Shown: positions 47,774-56,779 of the stretch, in pieces | Layout: every line of letters starts with the position of its first letter | Numbering within the stretch: position 1 is the stretch's first letter | From: Anaerolineaceae bacterium | Lineage (GTDB): Bacteria; Chloroflexota; Anaerolineae; Anaerolineales; Anaerolineaceae | Assembly (NCBI GenBank): GCA_036825115.1 | Contig: DAISYV010000001.1 | Span: forward strand, 11 to 64,010 | Direction of reading: 5' to 3' | DNA length: 64,000 nucleotides | Made by a program: the position numbers and the translations under genes | Notes under the pieces: model-generated | Seen by the model: only the letters and a program-made list of their open reading frames with translations | Told to the model about the DNA's origin: nothing | Databases searched by the model: none

Positions 47774-49765
47774 CTACTTCTCAAGTGAGTTTTCGACTAT
47801 TTGCAGATAGTCGAGGGTGTTTATCTTGGAAAGATCCAGCCCAAGATATGCGGCAAGCTCGTGAATGAGAGCTGTCTTCTGTTCAGCATCCTGGCGGCTC
47901 CAGGTGCGGCTCTTGATTTCAACAAATTTTCCGATATTGGGTGTTTGAATAGTATCAAGATTGATAAAGAATTCAATCTCCTTGAATTGGACCAGATACC
48001 GCAGACGATTCTTTTCAATTTCTATTTTTGAAGAAGGCTTGAAGTACTCATGATAAAAACGCAGGCTGTGGGTTGCCGGAGCAAGATAGCGGCTGCGGGA
48101 GAGCATGATCTTGGAATCGTTAATGTCCCGGGGAGTATCAAGCTCGCCAATGAGGGTCAGGCGCGATCGCACGCTGGTGATCTTGCCCATTTCATCAAGG
48201 AATTCATCTTCGCGGTAGCGCAAACGCCCCTGGGAAGGTCTGTCAAAGCCAAAATACGTATCATATTCGTGATAATGACGTTTTCGCAGGATAGTTATGC
48301 CAGGCTTCGAGAGGGCTTCCAAAATCGGCGCAATTGAGTCCACCTTCACTTTAACCTGTACTTCAAAACTTTCCTCTTCGGCCGCACCGCCGATTGCAAT
48401 CAACTTGGAATAAACCGACTCTTCGCGACCTTTGAGGAACTCGTCGATCTTGACCGCAAGTTCACTGGCCTGAGCAAGCAGTTGTTCTTCCTTGATGGTA
48501 AGCAACTCCTTATCCTTCATCAGCCACTTACCATTGACCATAGTATCTGTGACGTCCGTTGATTTGCCTGCATAAATGAGCTGGGCATAAATACCCTCAG
48601 GATCTCGCAAGAAACGCGGCTGGTTGTGGACGGGAGAAATATCCACCAGGATTATATCTGCCCGTTTGCCTGGTTCCAGGCTTCCGATTATCTCGTCCAT
48701 ATGCAGCGCTTTAGCACCGATGATGGTTGCCATTGCCAGGGTCTGACGGGCAGGTAGAACAGTCGGATCGCCGGCAAAGGCCTTGGCCACCAGGTTGGCG
48801 AGGCGAATCTCCTCGAACATGTCGAGGTCATTATTCGAGGCAGGACCGTCCGTGCCAACACCCACATTGCATCCAAGCTGCATCATGCGGGCTACCGGTG
48901 CAAAACCCGATGCCAGCTTGAGATTGGAGGTGGGGTTGTGCGCGATACCCACGCCAGTGTGCTGCAATGTGCGGATTTCACCTTCGTCCAGGTGAACACA
49001 GTGAGCCGCGATCAGCTTGGTCTCGAGCATTCCAAATTTGCGGATATAAGGTACCACTGGCATACCTTGTGCTTTCCGCAGGTTCTCGACCTCATCCTTG
49101 GTTTCTGAAACGTGAAAGTGAACCCTGGCATCGTATTTTTTTGCAAGTTCAACAACTGAGGTAAGCACGTCAGGGGTACAGGTGTAGACAGCGTGTGGCG
49201 CGATAGCGGGGACAATCAAGGCATGATTCTGCCATTTCTGAATTAGATTCTCGCTTAATGCAAGAGAATCCTCGTACGAGTCTGCATCTGGTGCAGAAAA
49301 CTTCATCACCGTTTGACCAACGACTGCCCGCAATCCAACTTCAGCAGTGGCTTCGGCAACGTGATCTTCAAAATAGTACATGTCATTGAAAGTTGTCACA
49401 CCAGATCGGATGAACTCTGCGCAACCAAGCTTGGTGCCGAGTTCCACAAATTCAGGCGAAACAAATTCACGTTCAACCGGCATCATGTAACCCATTAACC
49501 AGACATCAAGTCGCAGATCATCAGAAAGTCCGCGCAGTAAAGTCATTGGGATGTGGGTGTGAACATTGACCAAACCGGGCAGAAGCACCTTATTACCGCA
49601 GTCGATTACTTCACTTGCCTGGTACTGCGAAAGAATTGCGTTCTCGGGGCCAACCGCAACAATTTTGTCACCTTCGATGGCGATAGCGCCTGGATCAAAG
49701 ATTTCATAGTCCTTATTCATCGTCAGAACAATTGCATTCTTGAGAATGGTTGTTAAGTTTTGCAT
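47774..49765 (-). CDS. amidohydrolase (MtaD-like 5'-methylthioadenosine/S-adenosylhomocysteine deaminase) fused to a C-terminal CYTH domain
   Basis: N-terminal ~430 aa: LPGLVNVHTHIPMT, HVSET and GTDGPASNN (the metal-dependent deaminase pattern). C-terminal ~200 aa opens with FEVQVKVKV (CYTH ExExK signature) and continues with beta-rich R/K/E segments (RLRYRED.., FVEIKSR). Confidence 0.75.
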   Translation of the reverse strand: MQNLTTILKNAIVLTMNKDYEIFDPGAIAIEGDKIVAVGPENAILSQYQASEVIDCGNKVLLPGLVNVHTHIPMTLLRGLSDDLRLDVWLMGYMMPVEREFVSPEFVELGTKLGCAEFIRSGVTTFNDMYYFEDHVAEATAEVGLRAVVGQTVMKFSAPDADSYEDSLALSENLIQKWQNHALIVPAIAPHAVYTCTPDVLTSVVELAKKYDARVHFHVSETKDEVENLRKAQGMPVVPYIRKFGMLETKLIAAHCVHLDEGEIRTLQHTGVGIAHNPTSNLKLASGFAPVARMMQLGCNVGVGTDGPASNNDLDMFEEIRLANLVAKAFAGDPTVLPARQTLAMATIIGAKALHMDEIIGSLEPGKRADIILVDISPVHNQPRFLRDPEGIYAQLIYAGKSTDVTDTMVNGKWLMKDKELLTIKEEQLLAQASELAVKIDEFLKGREESVYSKLIAIGGAAEEESFEVQVKVKVDSIAPILEALSKPGITILRKRHYHEYDTYFGFDRPSQGRLRYREDEFLDEMGKITSVRSRLTLIGELDTPRDINDSKIMLSRSRYLAPATHSLRFYHEYFKPSSKIEIEKNRLRYLVQFKEIEFFINLDTIQTPNIGKFVEIKSRTWSRQDAEQKTALIHELAAYLGLDLSKINTLDYLQIVENSLEK

Positions 49766-49774
49766 CTCTCTCCT

Positions 49775-50935
49775 TTAGTTTTCAATCAATTTCCAACGGA
49801 TCATGTCCAGTGCATAATTTACCGCCCAGGTGACAGCATCGCCAGACGGACCACCATACAGTCTGTTAACATCTGAAAGCTGTCCGTTATGAAGCAGGGC
49901 AATCTGGACATGTGGATCCGCATCCTTAGAGCTTACAATGATCGCAAGCACCATATCTGCATTCTTTTGCTCCTGGTACTCATGCATCAGGAGATTTAAA
50001 GTCTCGCCAGAAAAGACCAGATCCACGTTGTCTCCGCTGAGTTGTCCATCTGGCATGTGTCTTTTTAATTTTTCAAAGACCTCGCTATTTGTCCCGCTTT
50101 CAATAATCGAAACGCGGGTTTGAGATTGGTTTAGCAGGTCTGCGACTGCCTGTTCGAGGGTAGTCTCGTTTTCACCGTAGATGTAGTCTTTCAGTTTCTC
50201 GCGAATTTCCTGCAGAACAGGTTGCATCATTTCCTCAGCCTCAGCGGCAGAGGGGGCTTTGGCAGTTACACGTATATCGGTTTGACCTGGATGCGCAAGA
50301 AGGCCAACAGTCGGATTGGAAAGGGTCTCCATTTCACCGATGATTTCGTCAATGCTCGATTCGCCTTTGGAAATGGTGTGGATCACCCAGGGGAGAATGA
50401 TTTCGTCACGCAGGTCGTAGCGATGTTTGAGGTACTCCACCACAAAATGATTCATGAGGTATTCCATCTCGCGTGGAACGCCTGGCAGTGAGATAAGAGT
50501 CTTTCCTCCCAGTTCAACATAAAATGCTGGAGCTGTGCCGACTGGATTTGAAATGGCAATGGAATTTGCAGGAATGTAAGCTTGTCGCTTGTTGTTCTCG
50601 GTGGGAGTCCGATTGTAGCGGCTAAATCGTTCTAAAATCTGCTCCCACAACTCTTCTTTGTAAATAAGTTTGACATTGAAAACATTGGCAACAGCCTGAC
50701 GGGTCGGGTCGTCAACGGTAGGTCCAAGCCCTCCGGTGGTGATCACAATATCGGCGCGCATTAAAGCTTCTTGAAGGGTTGCGGTGATGCGATTGAGATT
50801 ATCGCCTACTGTGGTTAGCCGGTAAAGGTCAACTCCAATATCCCGAAGCGACCTGGCGATAAACCTTGAGTTGGTGTCTTGTATCTCGCCCAGCAGTAAC
50901 TCGGTACCGATTGTTACAATTTCACAAATGGCCAT
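49775..50935 (-). CDS. cinA: CinA-like competence/damage-inducible protein (MoCF-binding domain family)
   Basis: MAICEIVTIGTELLLGEIQDTNSRFIARSL..ITTGGLGPTVDDPT. Confidence 0.85.
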   Translation of the reverse strand: MAICEIVTIGTELLLGEIQDTNSRFIARSLRDIGVDLYRLTTVGDNLNRITATLQEALMRADIVITTGGLGPTVDDPTRQAVANVFNVKLIYKEELWEQILERFSRYNRTPTENNKRQAYIPANSIAISNPVGTAPAFYVELGGKTLISLPGVPREMEYLMNHFVVEYLKHRYDLRDEIILPWVIHTISKGESSIDEIIGEMETLSNPTVGLLAHPGQTDIRVTAKAPSAAEAEEMMQPVLQEIREKLKDYIYGENETTLEQAVADLLNQSQTRVSIIESGTNSEVFEKLKRHMPDGQLSGDNVDLVFSGETLNLLMHEYQEQKNADMVLAIIVSSKDADPHVQIALLHNGQLSDVNRLYGGPSGDAVTWAVNYALDMIRWKLIEN

Positions 50936-50954
50936 AGGAAAATCCTGTATATGT

Positions 50955-51072
50955 AATTGGTCAATTTTATCTTAAACCTTGCGTTAAAGCTAAATTTTTT
51001 TACTTTGCTAGCAGTATTCCGGAGCGTAAAAAACGCAAGGTGTTCAGCTGGGGACTTTTCTTGTGACCAATT
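50955..51072. repeat. nested inverted repeats in the cinA / yraN divergent intergenic region
   Basis: Outer pair AATTGGTCA (50955-50963) / TGACCAATT (51064-51072). Inner pair CCTTGCGTT (50977-50985) / AACGCAAGG (51032-51040). Confidence 0.6.
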
Positions 51073-51123
51073 GAACCACAAAGAATCCATTTTTGATGCG
51101 GAAGGATAACTTTTGCAGATACC

Positions 51124-51151
51124 TTGAGAACCTCAGCGAAACGATTATACT
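51124..51151 (+). promoter_or_regulatory. sigma70-like promoter (-35 TTGAGA, 16-nt spacer, -10 TATACT) placed for a leaderless yraN transcript
   Basis: The -10 ends 6 nt before ATG 51158, and there is no SD. Confidence 0.45.
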
Positions 51152-51157
51152 TTTGGC

Positions 51158-51535
51158 ATGAACTCACAAAGCAGGAAAATTACCGGTAATTGGGGGGAAA
51201 CGGTTGTGCTTGATAAGTTACTCTCGGAAGGTTATGAATTGGTCCAAAGGAACTACCATTGCCGCTATGGTGAAGCCGATCTGATCATGCTGGATGAGAC
51301 GCAATTGTTGACGTGTGTTGAAGTCAAAACCCGCCGAAGTCAAAAATTCGGACCTGGTGAGTATAGCGTTGGAAAAAAGAAACTCAAAGCGCTTGCCGCG
51401 ACGATGAACGCATTCCTTTTTGAGCACAGCGAGTTTCCGAATTTTTGGAACCTCGACCTTGTTATTGTGGAAGATTTTGTGCCAGGAAGTGAGCCTGTGA
51501 TACTGCATTTTAGGTCTGTGAGAATCGATGATTAA
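51158..51535 (+). CDS. yraN: YraN family (UPF0102) endonuclease-like protein
   Basis: GEADLIMLD..CVEVKTR (PD-(D/E)xK-like); 125 aa. Confidence 0.85.
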   Translation: MNSQSRKITGNWGETVVLDKLLSEGYELVQRNYHCRYGEADLIMLDETQLLTCVEVKTRRSQKFGPGEYSVGKKKLKALAATMNAFLFEHSEFPNFWNLDLVIVEDFVPGSEPVILHFRSVRIDD

Positions 51536-52466
51536 GAGTCCCTTACTCGTCATTGTAGGTCCCACCTCCTCAGGAAAGAGCGCCTTTGCCATACAGATGG
51601 CTCAGTCATTGAATGGCGAGATCATTTCTGCCGATTCAAGATATCTCTATCATGAACTCGAGATTGGGGTAGCCAAACCCACTGCGTCAGAACTCGAAGA
51701 TGCCCCCCATCACCTGATAAATGTTGCCAGCTTAAAAGACCCCTGGAATTTGGGGCTTTACAAACAAGAAGCTACTTTCGTAATCGAAGAAATCCACGGC
51801 CGCCACAGGCTGCCAATCCTGGCAGGTGGTACCGGACAATATGTGCGGGCAATCCTGCAAAACTGGCAGATTCCATCCCACGGACCGAATAATCAATTAC
51901 GCGAGGATCTTGAAACGATCGGCAATCTTTTAGGATTCGACAAGCTTTTCGAAATGCTCAACGCCATCGATCCACAGGCAGCAGCAAGTATCGATTATCG
52001 CAACCATCGCCGGACCATAAGGGCGCTGGAAGTGTTCCTGAGCACTGGACAGAAGTTTTCTGATCTGCGGGACAAAAGCGAGACGCCATACGACGTCCTA
52101 ATCATCGGTTTGGAGCTTCCACGTGAGGTTCTGTATTCCCGCATCGACCAGCGAATTGAGGGGATGATCAGGCAGGGTTTGGTAGCGGAGGTGCGGCAAC
52201 TGCTTGAATCCGGTTTTGGTCCAACGCTTGAAACCATGCGGGTGATCGGATACAACGAGATCATCTCCCATCTACGAGGAGAAATTACTCTGCAGGAAGC
52301 AATCGCGTTAATAAAACGCAATACGCGAGTATACGTACGCCGGCAGGCTAACTGGTTCAAACCTTCCGATCCGGATATTCACTGGTTAAACGCACAAGAT
52401 CCAGCGCTCTTGCAAAACGCGCTGGATCTTGTTGAAAGTAAGTTTGAAATTAAGCCCGGGAGATAA
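51528..52466 (+). CDS. miaA: tRNA dimethylallyltransferase
   Basis: [30 protein letters not shown]. Confidence 0.92.
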   Translation: MIKSPLLVIVGPTSSGKSAFAIQMAQSLNGEIISADSRYLYHELEIGVAKPTASELEDAPHHLINVASLKDPWNLGLYKQEATFVIEEIHGRHRLPILAGGTGQYVRAILQNWQIPSHGPNNQLREDLETIGNLLGFDKLFEMLNAIDPQAAASIDYRNHRRTIRALEVFLSTGQKFSDLRDKSETPYDVLIIGLELPREVLYSRIDQRIEGMIRQGLVAEVRQLLESGFGPTLETMRVIGYNEIISHLRGEITLQEAIALIKRNTRVYVRRQANWFKPSDPDIHWLNAQDPALLQNALDLVESKFEIKPGR

Positions 52467-54318
52467 CAGGTATTCCCTGAGTTTTATCGACCGGAGGAGG
52501 GAAGATCGCCTCAAACTCCTCGTTCGAGATTGTTTCGACCTCGAGTAGCTTCTCAGCTACGGCAATCAATTTATCCTTGTGGGTTTCAAGGATTTCTTTG
52601 GCGGTCTGATAAGCTTCATGGACCACCCGCTGTACCTCGCGGTCAATTTCCTGAGCGACCGCTTCAGAATAATCGCGTTGTTCAGATATTTCACGTCCCA
52701 GGAATACCAACTCTTCCTTTTGTCCATATACCATCGGCCCAAGTTTGTCACTCATGCCGAGGCGCGTAACCATACTGCGGGCTATCTTGGTAACCCGTTC
52801 GATGTCGCTGGAGGCGCCTGACGTTATGTCGTCAAACATGATTTCTTCCGCCGCACGCCCACCAAGCATACCGACTATATCGGACATGAGCTTCTTCCGG
52901 CTCTCAAGGTTGCGATCCTCGGTTGGCAGCGAGCGTGTAAAACCGCCCATCATACCACGGGAGATGATGGAGACTTTCTGAACGGGATCCCCTTCGGGCA
53001 GGGCATTGATTACCACTGCATGTCCAGCCTCATGGTAAGCAATGATTTTCTTTTCCTTAGGATTGATCAATCGGCTCTTGCGTTCAGGACCGGCAATCAC
53101 TCTTTCAATGGATTCTTCCAACTCAGCTTGTCCAATGATTTTTTTATTGCGACGGGCTGAAAGGATGGCTGCCTCGTTTACCAGGTTTTCAAGATCGGCG
53201 CCGACAAATCCGGGGGTGGAGCGGGCGATTTCCTCCAAGCTAACACCCGAAGCAATCGGCTTACCGCGGGCGTGCACTTTGAGGATTGCTTCCCGACCTT
53301 TGAGATCAGGTTTGTCGAGCATGACCCGACGATCAAAACGTCCAGGTCGCATCAGGGCTGGGTCGAGGATGTCAGGTCGGTTGGTTGCCGCGATAACGAT
53401 TACGTTAGTATCCGTCCCAAAGCCATCCATCTCGACCAGCAGCTGGTTGAGCGTTTGCTCACGTTCATCATGGCTTCCACCAAGACCTGCGCCGCGATGG
53501 CGACCAACAGCATCAATTTCATCCACGAAAACGATACACGGGGAATGCTTTTTGGCTTCATCAAACAGATCCCGCACGCGGCTCGCGCCAACACCAACAA
53601 ACATCTCAACAAATTCAGAACCAGAGATGGAGAAAAATGGCACGCCAGCTTCACCAGAGACAGCTTTTGCCATCAAGGTTTTACCAGTGCCTGGAGATCC
53701 AACTAAAAGAACGCCCTTTGGAATTCTCGCGCCTAGAGCGATGAACTTTTGGGGCTCTTTAAGGAATTCGACGATTTCGCGCAATTCTTCTTTGGCCTCT
53801 TCAACGCCAGCAACATCGGCAAATGTTACCGTTGGATGCTCTCCGGTGAGCATTTTGGCGCGCGACTTGCCGAATGCCATGGCGGCGTTGTTCGAGCCTT
53901 GCGCCTGGCGAATGAAGAAGAAGAAAAAGACGCCCATCAATATGAATGGGAGAAAATTTAATAACGCGACAAGTGCTTCGGACCAAAAACCGGGGACAAC
54001 AATCTGGATACTTAGCTGAGGGTCTCGCAATTTTTCAGGAGAGACTCCAAGCTGCACCAGTTGTTCTACCAAACCGCTTTGGGGTTCTTTGGAAGAAATG
54101 CTGATCGTTTTCTGTTCAAGGTTCTTGTACTGAACCTCGACCTGATTACTATCGACTTTTATGCTCGAAATCTTGCCTGCTTCGACATCTGCCGCAAGTT
54201 GATTGATTGGAATCTCAGTTCTGCCAAAGCTATTCTCCTGAACACCGTAGAAAACCATGGTGATCAGCGCAAAAAGCAACAGTGCTGAAATAAAAAAAGA
54301 CTGATTTCGTGGTTTCAA
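52450..54318 (-). CDS. ftsH: ATP-dependent zinc metalloprotease FtsH
   Basis: [13 protein letters not shown], the SRH region, and the HEAGH zinc motif. TTG start 5 nt after GGAGG. Confidence 0.96.
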   Translation of the reverse strand: MKPRNQSFFISALLLFALITMVFYGVQENSFGRTEIPINQLAADVEAGKISSIKVDSNQVEVQYKNLEQKTISISSKEPQSGLVEQLVQLGVSPEKLRDPQLSIQIVVPGFWSEALVALLNFLPFILMGVFFFFFIRQAQGSNNAAMAFGKSRAKMLTGEHPTVTFADVAGVEEAKEELREIVEFLKEPQKFIALGARIPKGVLLVGSPGTGKTLMAKAVSGEAGVPFFSISGSEFVEMFVGVGASRVRDLFDEAKKHSPCIVFVDEIDAVGRHRGAGLGGSHDEREQTLNQLLVEMDGFGTDTNVIVIAATNRPDILDPALMRPGRFDRRVMLDKPDLKGREAILKVHARGKPIASGVSLEEIARSTPGFVGADLENLVNEAAILSARRNKKIIGQAELEESIERVIAGPERKSRLINPKEKKIIAYHEAGHAVVINALPEGDPVQKVSIISRGMMGGFTRSLPTEDRNLESRKKLMSDIVGMLGGRAAEEIMFDDITSGASSDIERVTKIARSMVTRLGMSDKLGPMVYGQKEELVFLGREISEQRDYSEAVAQEIDREVQRVVHEAYQTAKEILETHKDKLIAVAEKLLEVETISNEEFEAIFPPPVDKTQGIPVISRA

Positions 54319-54359
54319 AACAACCTCCGTATATTTAACGCTTTACGCGTCAAACGAGA

Positions 54360-54368
54360 ATTATACCA
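54360..54368 (-). promoter_or_regulatory. extended -10 promoter TGGTATAAT for ftsH
   Basis: On the minus strand, TGGTATAAT lies about 40 nt upstream of TTG 54318. Confidence 0.5.
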
Positions 54369-54424
54369 ACAAGCCAGGCTGAAAAATCCCCCGGGCGAAC
54401 TTTGCACAAGTTTCTGATAGAACT

Positions 54425-54745
54425 CTAATGATTCTCAGTGTGCGGGGGCAGGTGACACAAACCACAGCCGACGTTTGGATTTCGTACGATTCCGTGTGAA
54501 CGTGAGCACCAGGCTTTCACACGAATACGCTTCCCGAACAAAGACTTGTGGAAATAGGTCGTGAGAGCCATATACGGACAGGCGTTATTCAGAAGAATAC
54601 CCGGTACAGGGCATGATTTACATGCAGCAGAGTTCCATTCCTTCTTATCCTGGGGATTAATCAGGGCGCGGCATTCCTCAAAATTTCGACCGCGATAATA
54701 ATCTCCATAGAAGAATTTACACTCGCGGCCGTCGGGAGTCCTCAT
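54425..54745 (-). CDS. hypothetical small Cys-rich protein (8 Cys, two CxxC), co-transcribed with efp
   Basis: 106 aa with Cys at 9, 25, 42, 45, 56, 80, 94 and 97 (CKSC and CGLC). Its start is 6 nt after the efp stop. Confidence 0.6.
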   Translation of the reverse strand: MRTPDGRECKFFYGDYYRGRNFEECRALINPQDKKEWNSAACKSCPVPGILLNNACPYMALTTYFHKSLFGKRIRVKAWCSRSHGIVRNPNVGCGLCHLPPHTENH

Positions 54746-54751
54746 ATTGAT

Positions 54752-55309
54752 CTAGACCCGTGTAAGATACTCGCCGGTGCGGGTGTCAACGCGGATTGTG
54801 TCACCTTCATTGACAAAGGAAGGGGTCTGCACTTTCAAGCCCGTATCAGTAACAACCAGTTTGGTCACACCTGTGGCTGTGTTACCGCGTGCTGAAGCTT
54901 CCGCGCTGATGACTTTCAGATCTACGCTGGTGGGCAATTCGATATCGAGCGGCTCTTCCCCGAAGAAAGTCAACTTCACTTCCATGTTCTCTTTCAGGTA
55001 GCCGGCGTAGTCTTCCGCAAGATCGTTTGGGATTGCAGGTTGTTCGAAAGTTTCCATATCCATGAAGTAGAAAAAGTTATCATCACGGTAAAGATATTGA
55101 ACATTGTGGTAATCAAGACGAACATCCTGGACTCGATCTCCAGAGATGAAGGTCATTTCGAGGGTGTTACCCTTGCGAATATCACGCGCTTTGATGCGGA
55201 TTGTGGCGGAGCCCCGACCCGGCTTGTTGTGAGCGTACTCCATAACGCGATACAGGTTGCCATCACTTTCAAACGTGACACCTTTGCGTAAATCATTTAC
55301 ATCAATCAT
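54752..55309 (-). CDS. efp: elongation factor P (Arg at the loop-tip modification position)
   Basis: MIDVNDLRKGVTFESDGNLYRVMEYAHNKPGRGSATIRIK..; 185 aa from ATG 55309. Track start 55384 adds 25 implausible residues. Confidence 0.93.
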   Translation of the reverse strand: MIDVNDLRKGVTFESDGNLYRVMEYAHNKPGRGSATIRIKARDIRKGNTLEMTFISGDRVQDVRLDYHNVQYLYRDDNFFYFMDMETFEQPAIPNDLAEDYAGYLKENMEVKLTFFGEEPLDIELPTSVDLKVISAEASARGNTATGVTKLVVTDTGLKVQTPSFVNEGDTIRVDTRTGEYLTRV

Positions 55310-55449
55310 ACAAAAACCTCTTTTCAGACTTAACTTTAACAGGCGGATTATATAACAACTCGTATCGCTCGGCAAGTATCGCAAATATGATTTTGGGGTT
55401 ATAACTTAGTAATTAATTATCTCAGACACAAACTCCGTTGGAGGAAAGA

Positions 55450-56580
55450 ATGATTTATATTATAAAAGTTGATACAAAGGCATTGAGGAAAGAATTCGTC
55501 GAGTTTCAGTACGATCTTTATCGGGATTGCAAGCAATTTGTCCCACCGTTCAAAAATGATATTTACACCATGATGAATGAAAAGAAACATCCATTTTATG
55601 ATCATTCCATCTCCGAGTTCTTCCTGGCAAAACGCGACGGCAAAGTGGTTGGAAAACTATCGATGCTTATCAATCGCCCCTTCAACGAGTATCACGGAAC
55701 GAAAGACAGCGAGTTCTACCTTTTTGATTGCATCAACGACCAGGAAGTCGCGAATGCGCTTTTTGACCACGCTACACGCTGGACTCTGGAACACGGGATG
55801 AACCGTATCGTTGGACCAAAGGGTTATGGACCTTTGGATGGTTACGGCATCCAGGTGGAAGGTTTTGAACATCGCCAGATGATGAACATGATGAACTACA
55901 ACTATCCGTATTACCAGCAACTTGTTGAGAACTATGGCTTTGTCAAAGAAGTTGACTTTGTCTCAAGTTACGCCAAATTGGATGAATTTGTTTTGCCGGA
56001 AAAAATTAAGAAAGCCATCGAAATTGCCAAAAAGCGTGGTTCTCTGACGGTAAAGAGTTTTAAGAACAAAAAAGAGATCTACGCCTGGAAAGATAAACTT
56101 CGTGCTGCGTACAACAATTCCTTCGTCAAGAATTGGGAATATTACCCGCTCAGCGATCGGGAACTTAAATTTGTGGTTGATAATGCTATTGGGTTTGTCA
56201 TTCCTGGAATTGTGAAGTTCATTCTGGACAAAAATGGCGACGCGGTCGGATTTGTGCTCCCATTTCCAGACGTATCAGCTACTATGCAGAAGAATAAGGG
56301 CAAGCTTGGACCAATCGAGATCTTGAGGCTAATGCGTGCATTACATCGGACTGATTGGCTGGACTTTAATGGCATAGGCATCCTGCCTGAATACCAGGGG
56401 ATGGGCGGTAATGCTTTGCTGATGGAAGCGCTTGACTCTGCTGCACGCGAACACCCCCGTTTTGTGCACACTGAGTTGACTCAAGTGGCAGAGACAGCCA
56501 CCCAAATGCGCAAAGACCTGGCAAACCTGGGTGTACGGTTTTACAAAAACCACCGGGTTTACAAAAAAGAGCTAAACTAA
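55450..56580 (+). CDS. GNAT-family N-acetyltransferase-like protein (large, ~376 aa)
   Basis: The C-terminal region has GILPEYQGMGGNALLMEAL (a Q/RxxGxG/A acetyl-CoA motif). The SD GGAGG lies 5 nt before ATG 55450. Confidence 0.6.
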   Translation: MIYIIKVDTKALRKEFVEFQYDLYRDCKQFVPPFKNDIYTMMNEKKHPFYDHSISEFFLAKRDGKVVGKLSMLINRPFNEYHGTKDSEFYLFDCINDQEVANALFDHATRWTLEHGMNRIVGPKGYGPLDGYGIQVEGFEHRQMMNMMNYNYPYYQQLVENYGFVKEVDFVSSYAKLDEFVLPEKIKKAIEIAKKRGSLTVKSFKNKKEIYAWKDKLRAAYNNSFVKNWEYYPLSDRELKFVVDNAIGFVIPGIVKFILDKNGDAVGFVLPFPDVSATMQKNKGKLGPIEILRLMRALHRTDWLDFNGIGILPEYQGMGGNALLMEALDSAAREHPRFVHTELTQVAETATQMRKDLANLGVRFYKNHRVYKKELN

Positions 56581-56587
56581 TCAAATC

Positions 56588-56625
56588 AAAACGCCACTGG
56601 TATCCCGGTGGCGTTTTGATTCTTT
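56588..56625. terminator. rho-independent terminator (bidirectional by flanks) between the GNAT gene and tRNA-Gly
   Basis: AAAACGCCACTGG-tatc-CCGGTGGCGTTTT. Confidence 0.85.
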
Positions 56626-56653
56626 TCGAGACTATAATTGGTTAATAGAAAAA

Positions 56654-56725
56654 AGCGGGTGATGGGATTCGAACCCACGAATGTTAGCTTGGGAAGCTAA
56701 TGCCTTACCACTTGGCAACACCCGC
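56654..56725 (-). tRNA. tRNA-Gly (anticodon CCC)
   Basis: The reverse complement is GCGGGTGTTGCCAAGTGGTAAGGCATTAGCTTCCCAAGCTAACATTCGTGGGTTCGAATCCCATCACCCGCT. It has acceptor GCGGGTG/CACCCGC, anticodon stem TTAGC/GCTAA, loop TTCCCAA and T-loop GGTTCGAATCC. Confidence 0.92.
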
Positions 56726-56779
56726 AATTGAGTTTCTATTTTATCTTAATTATATTTTTTTTGAAGGGTAGAAATCGCC

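Noticed and set aside
53042-54019. 325-aa plus-strand ORF, plus similar long ORFs at 813-1346, 4212-4721, 30330-30896 and 37623-38240
   Set aside because: All lie entirely antisense to strongly supported genes (ftsH, the helicase-like gene, acetyl-CoA synthetase, idi2, tkt). Their translations are Arg/Ser/Pro-rich and low-complexity, typical of shadow ORFs, and they have no RBS.
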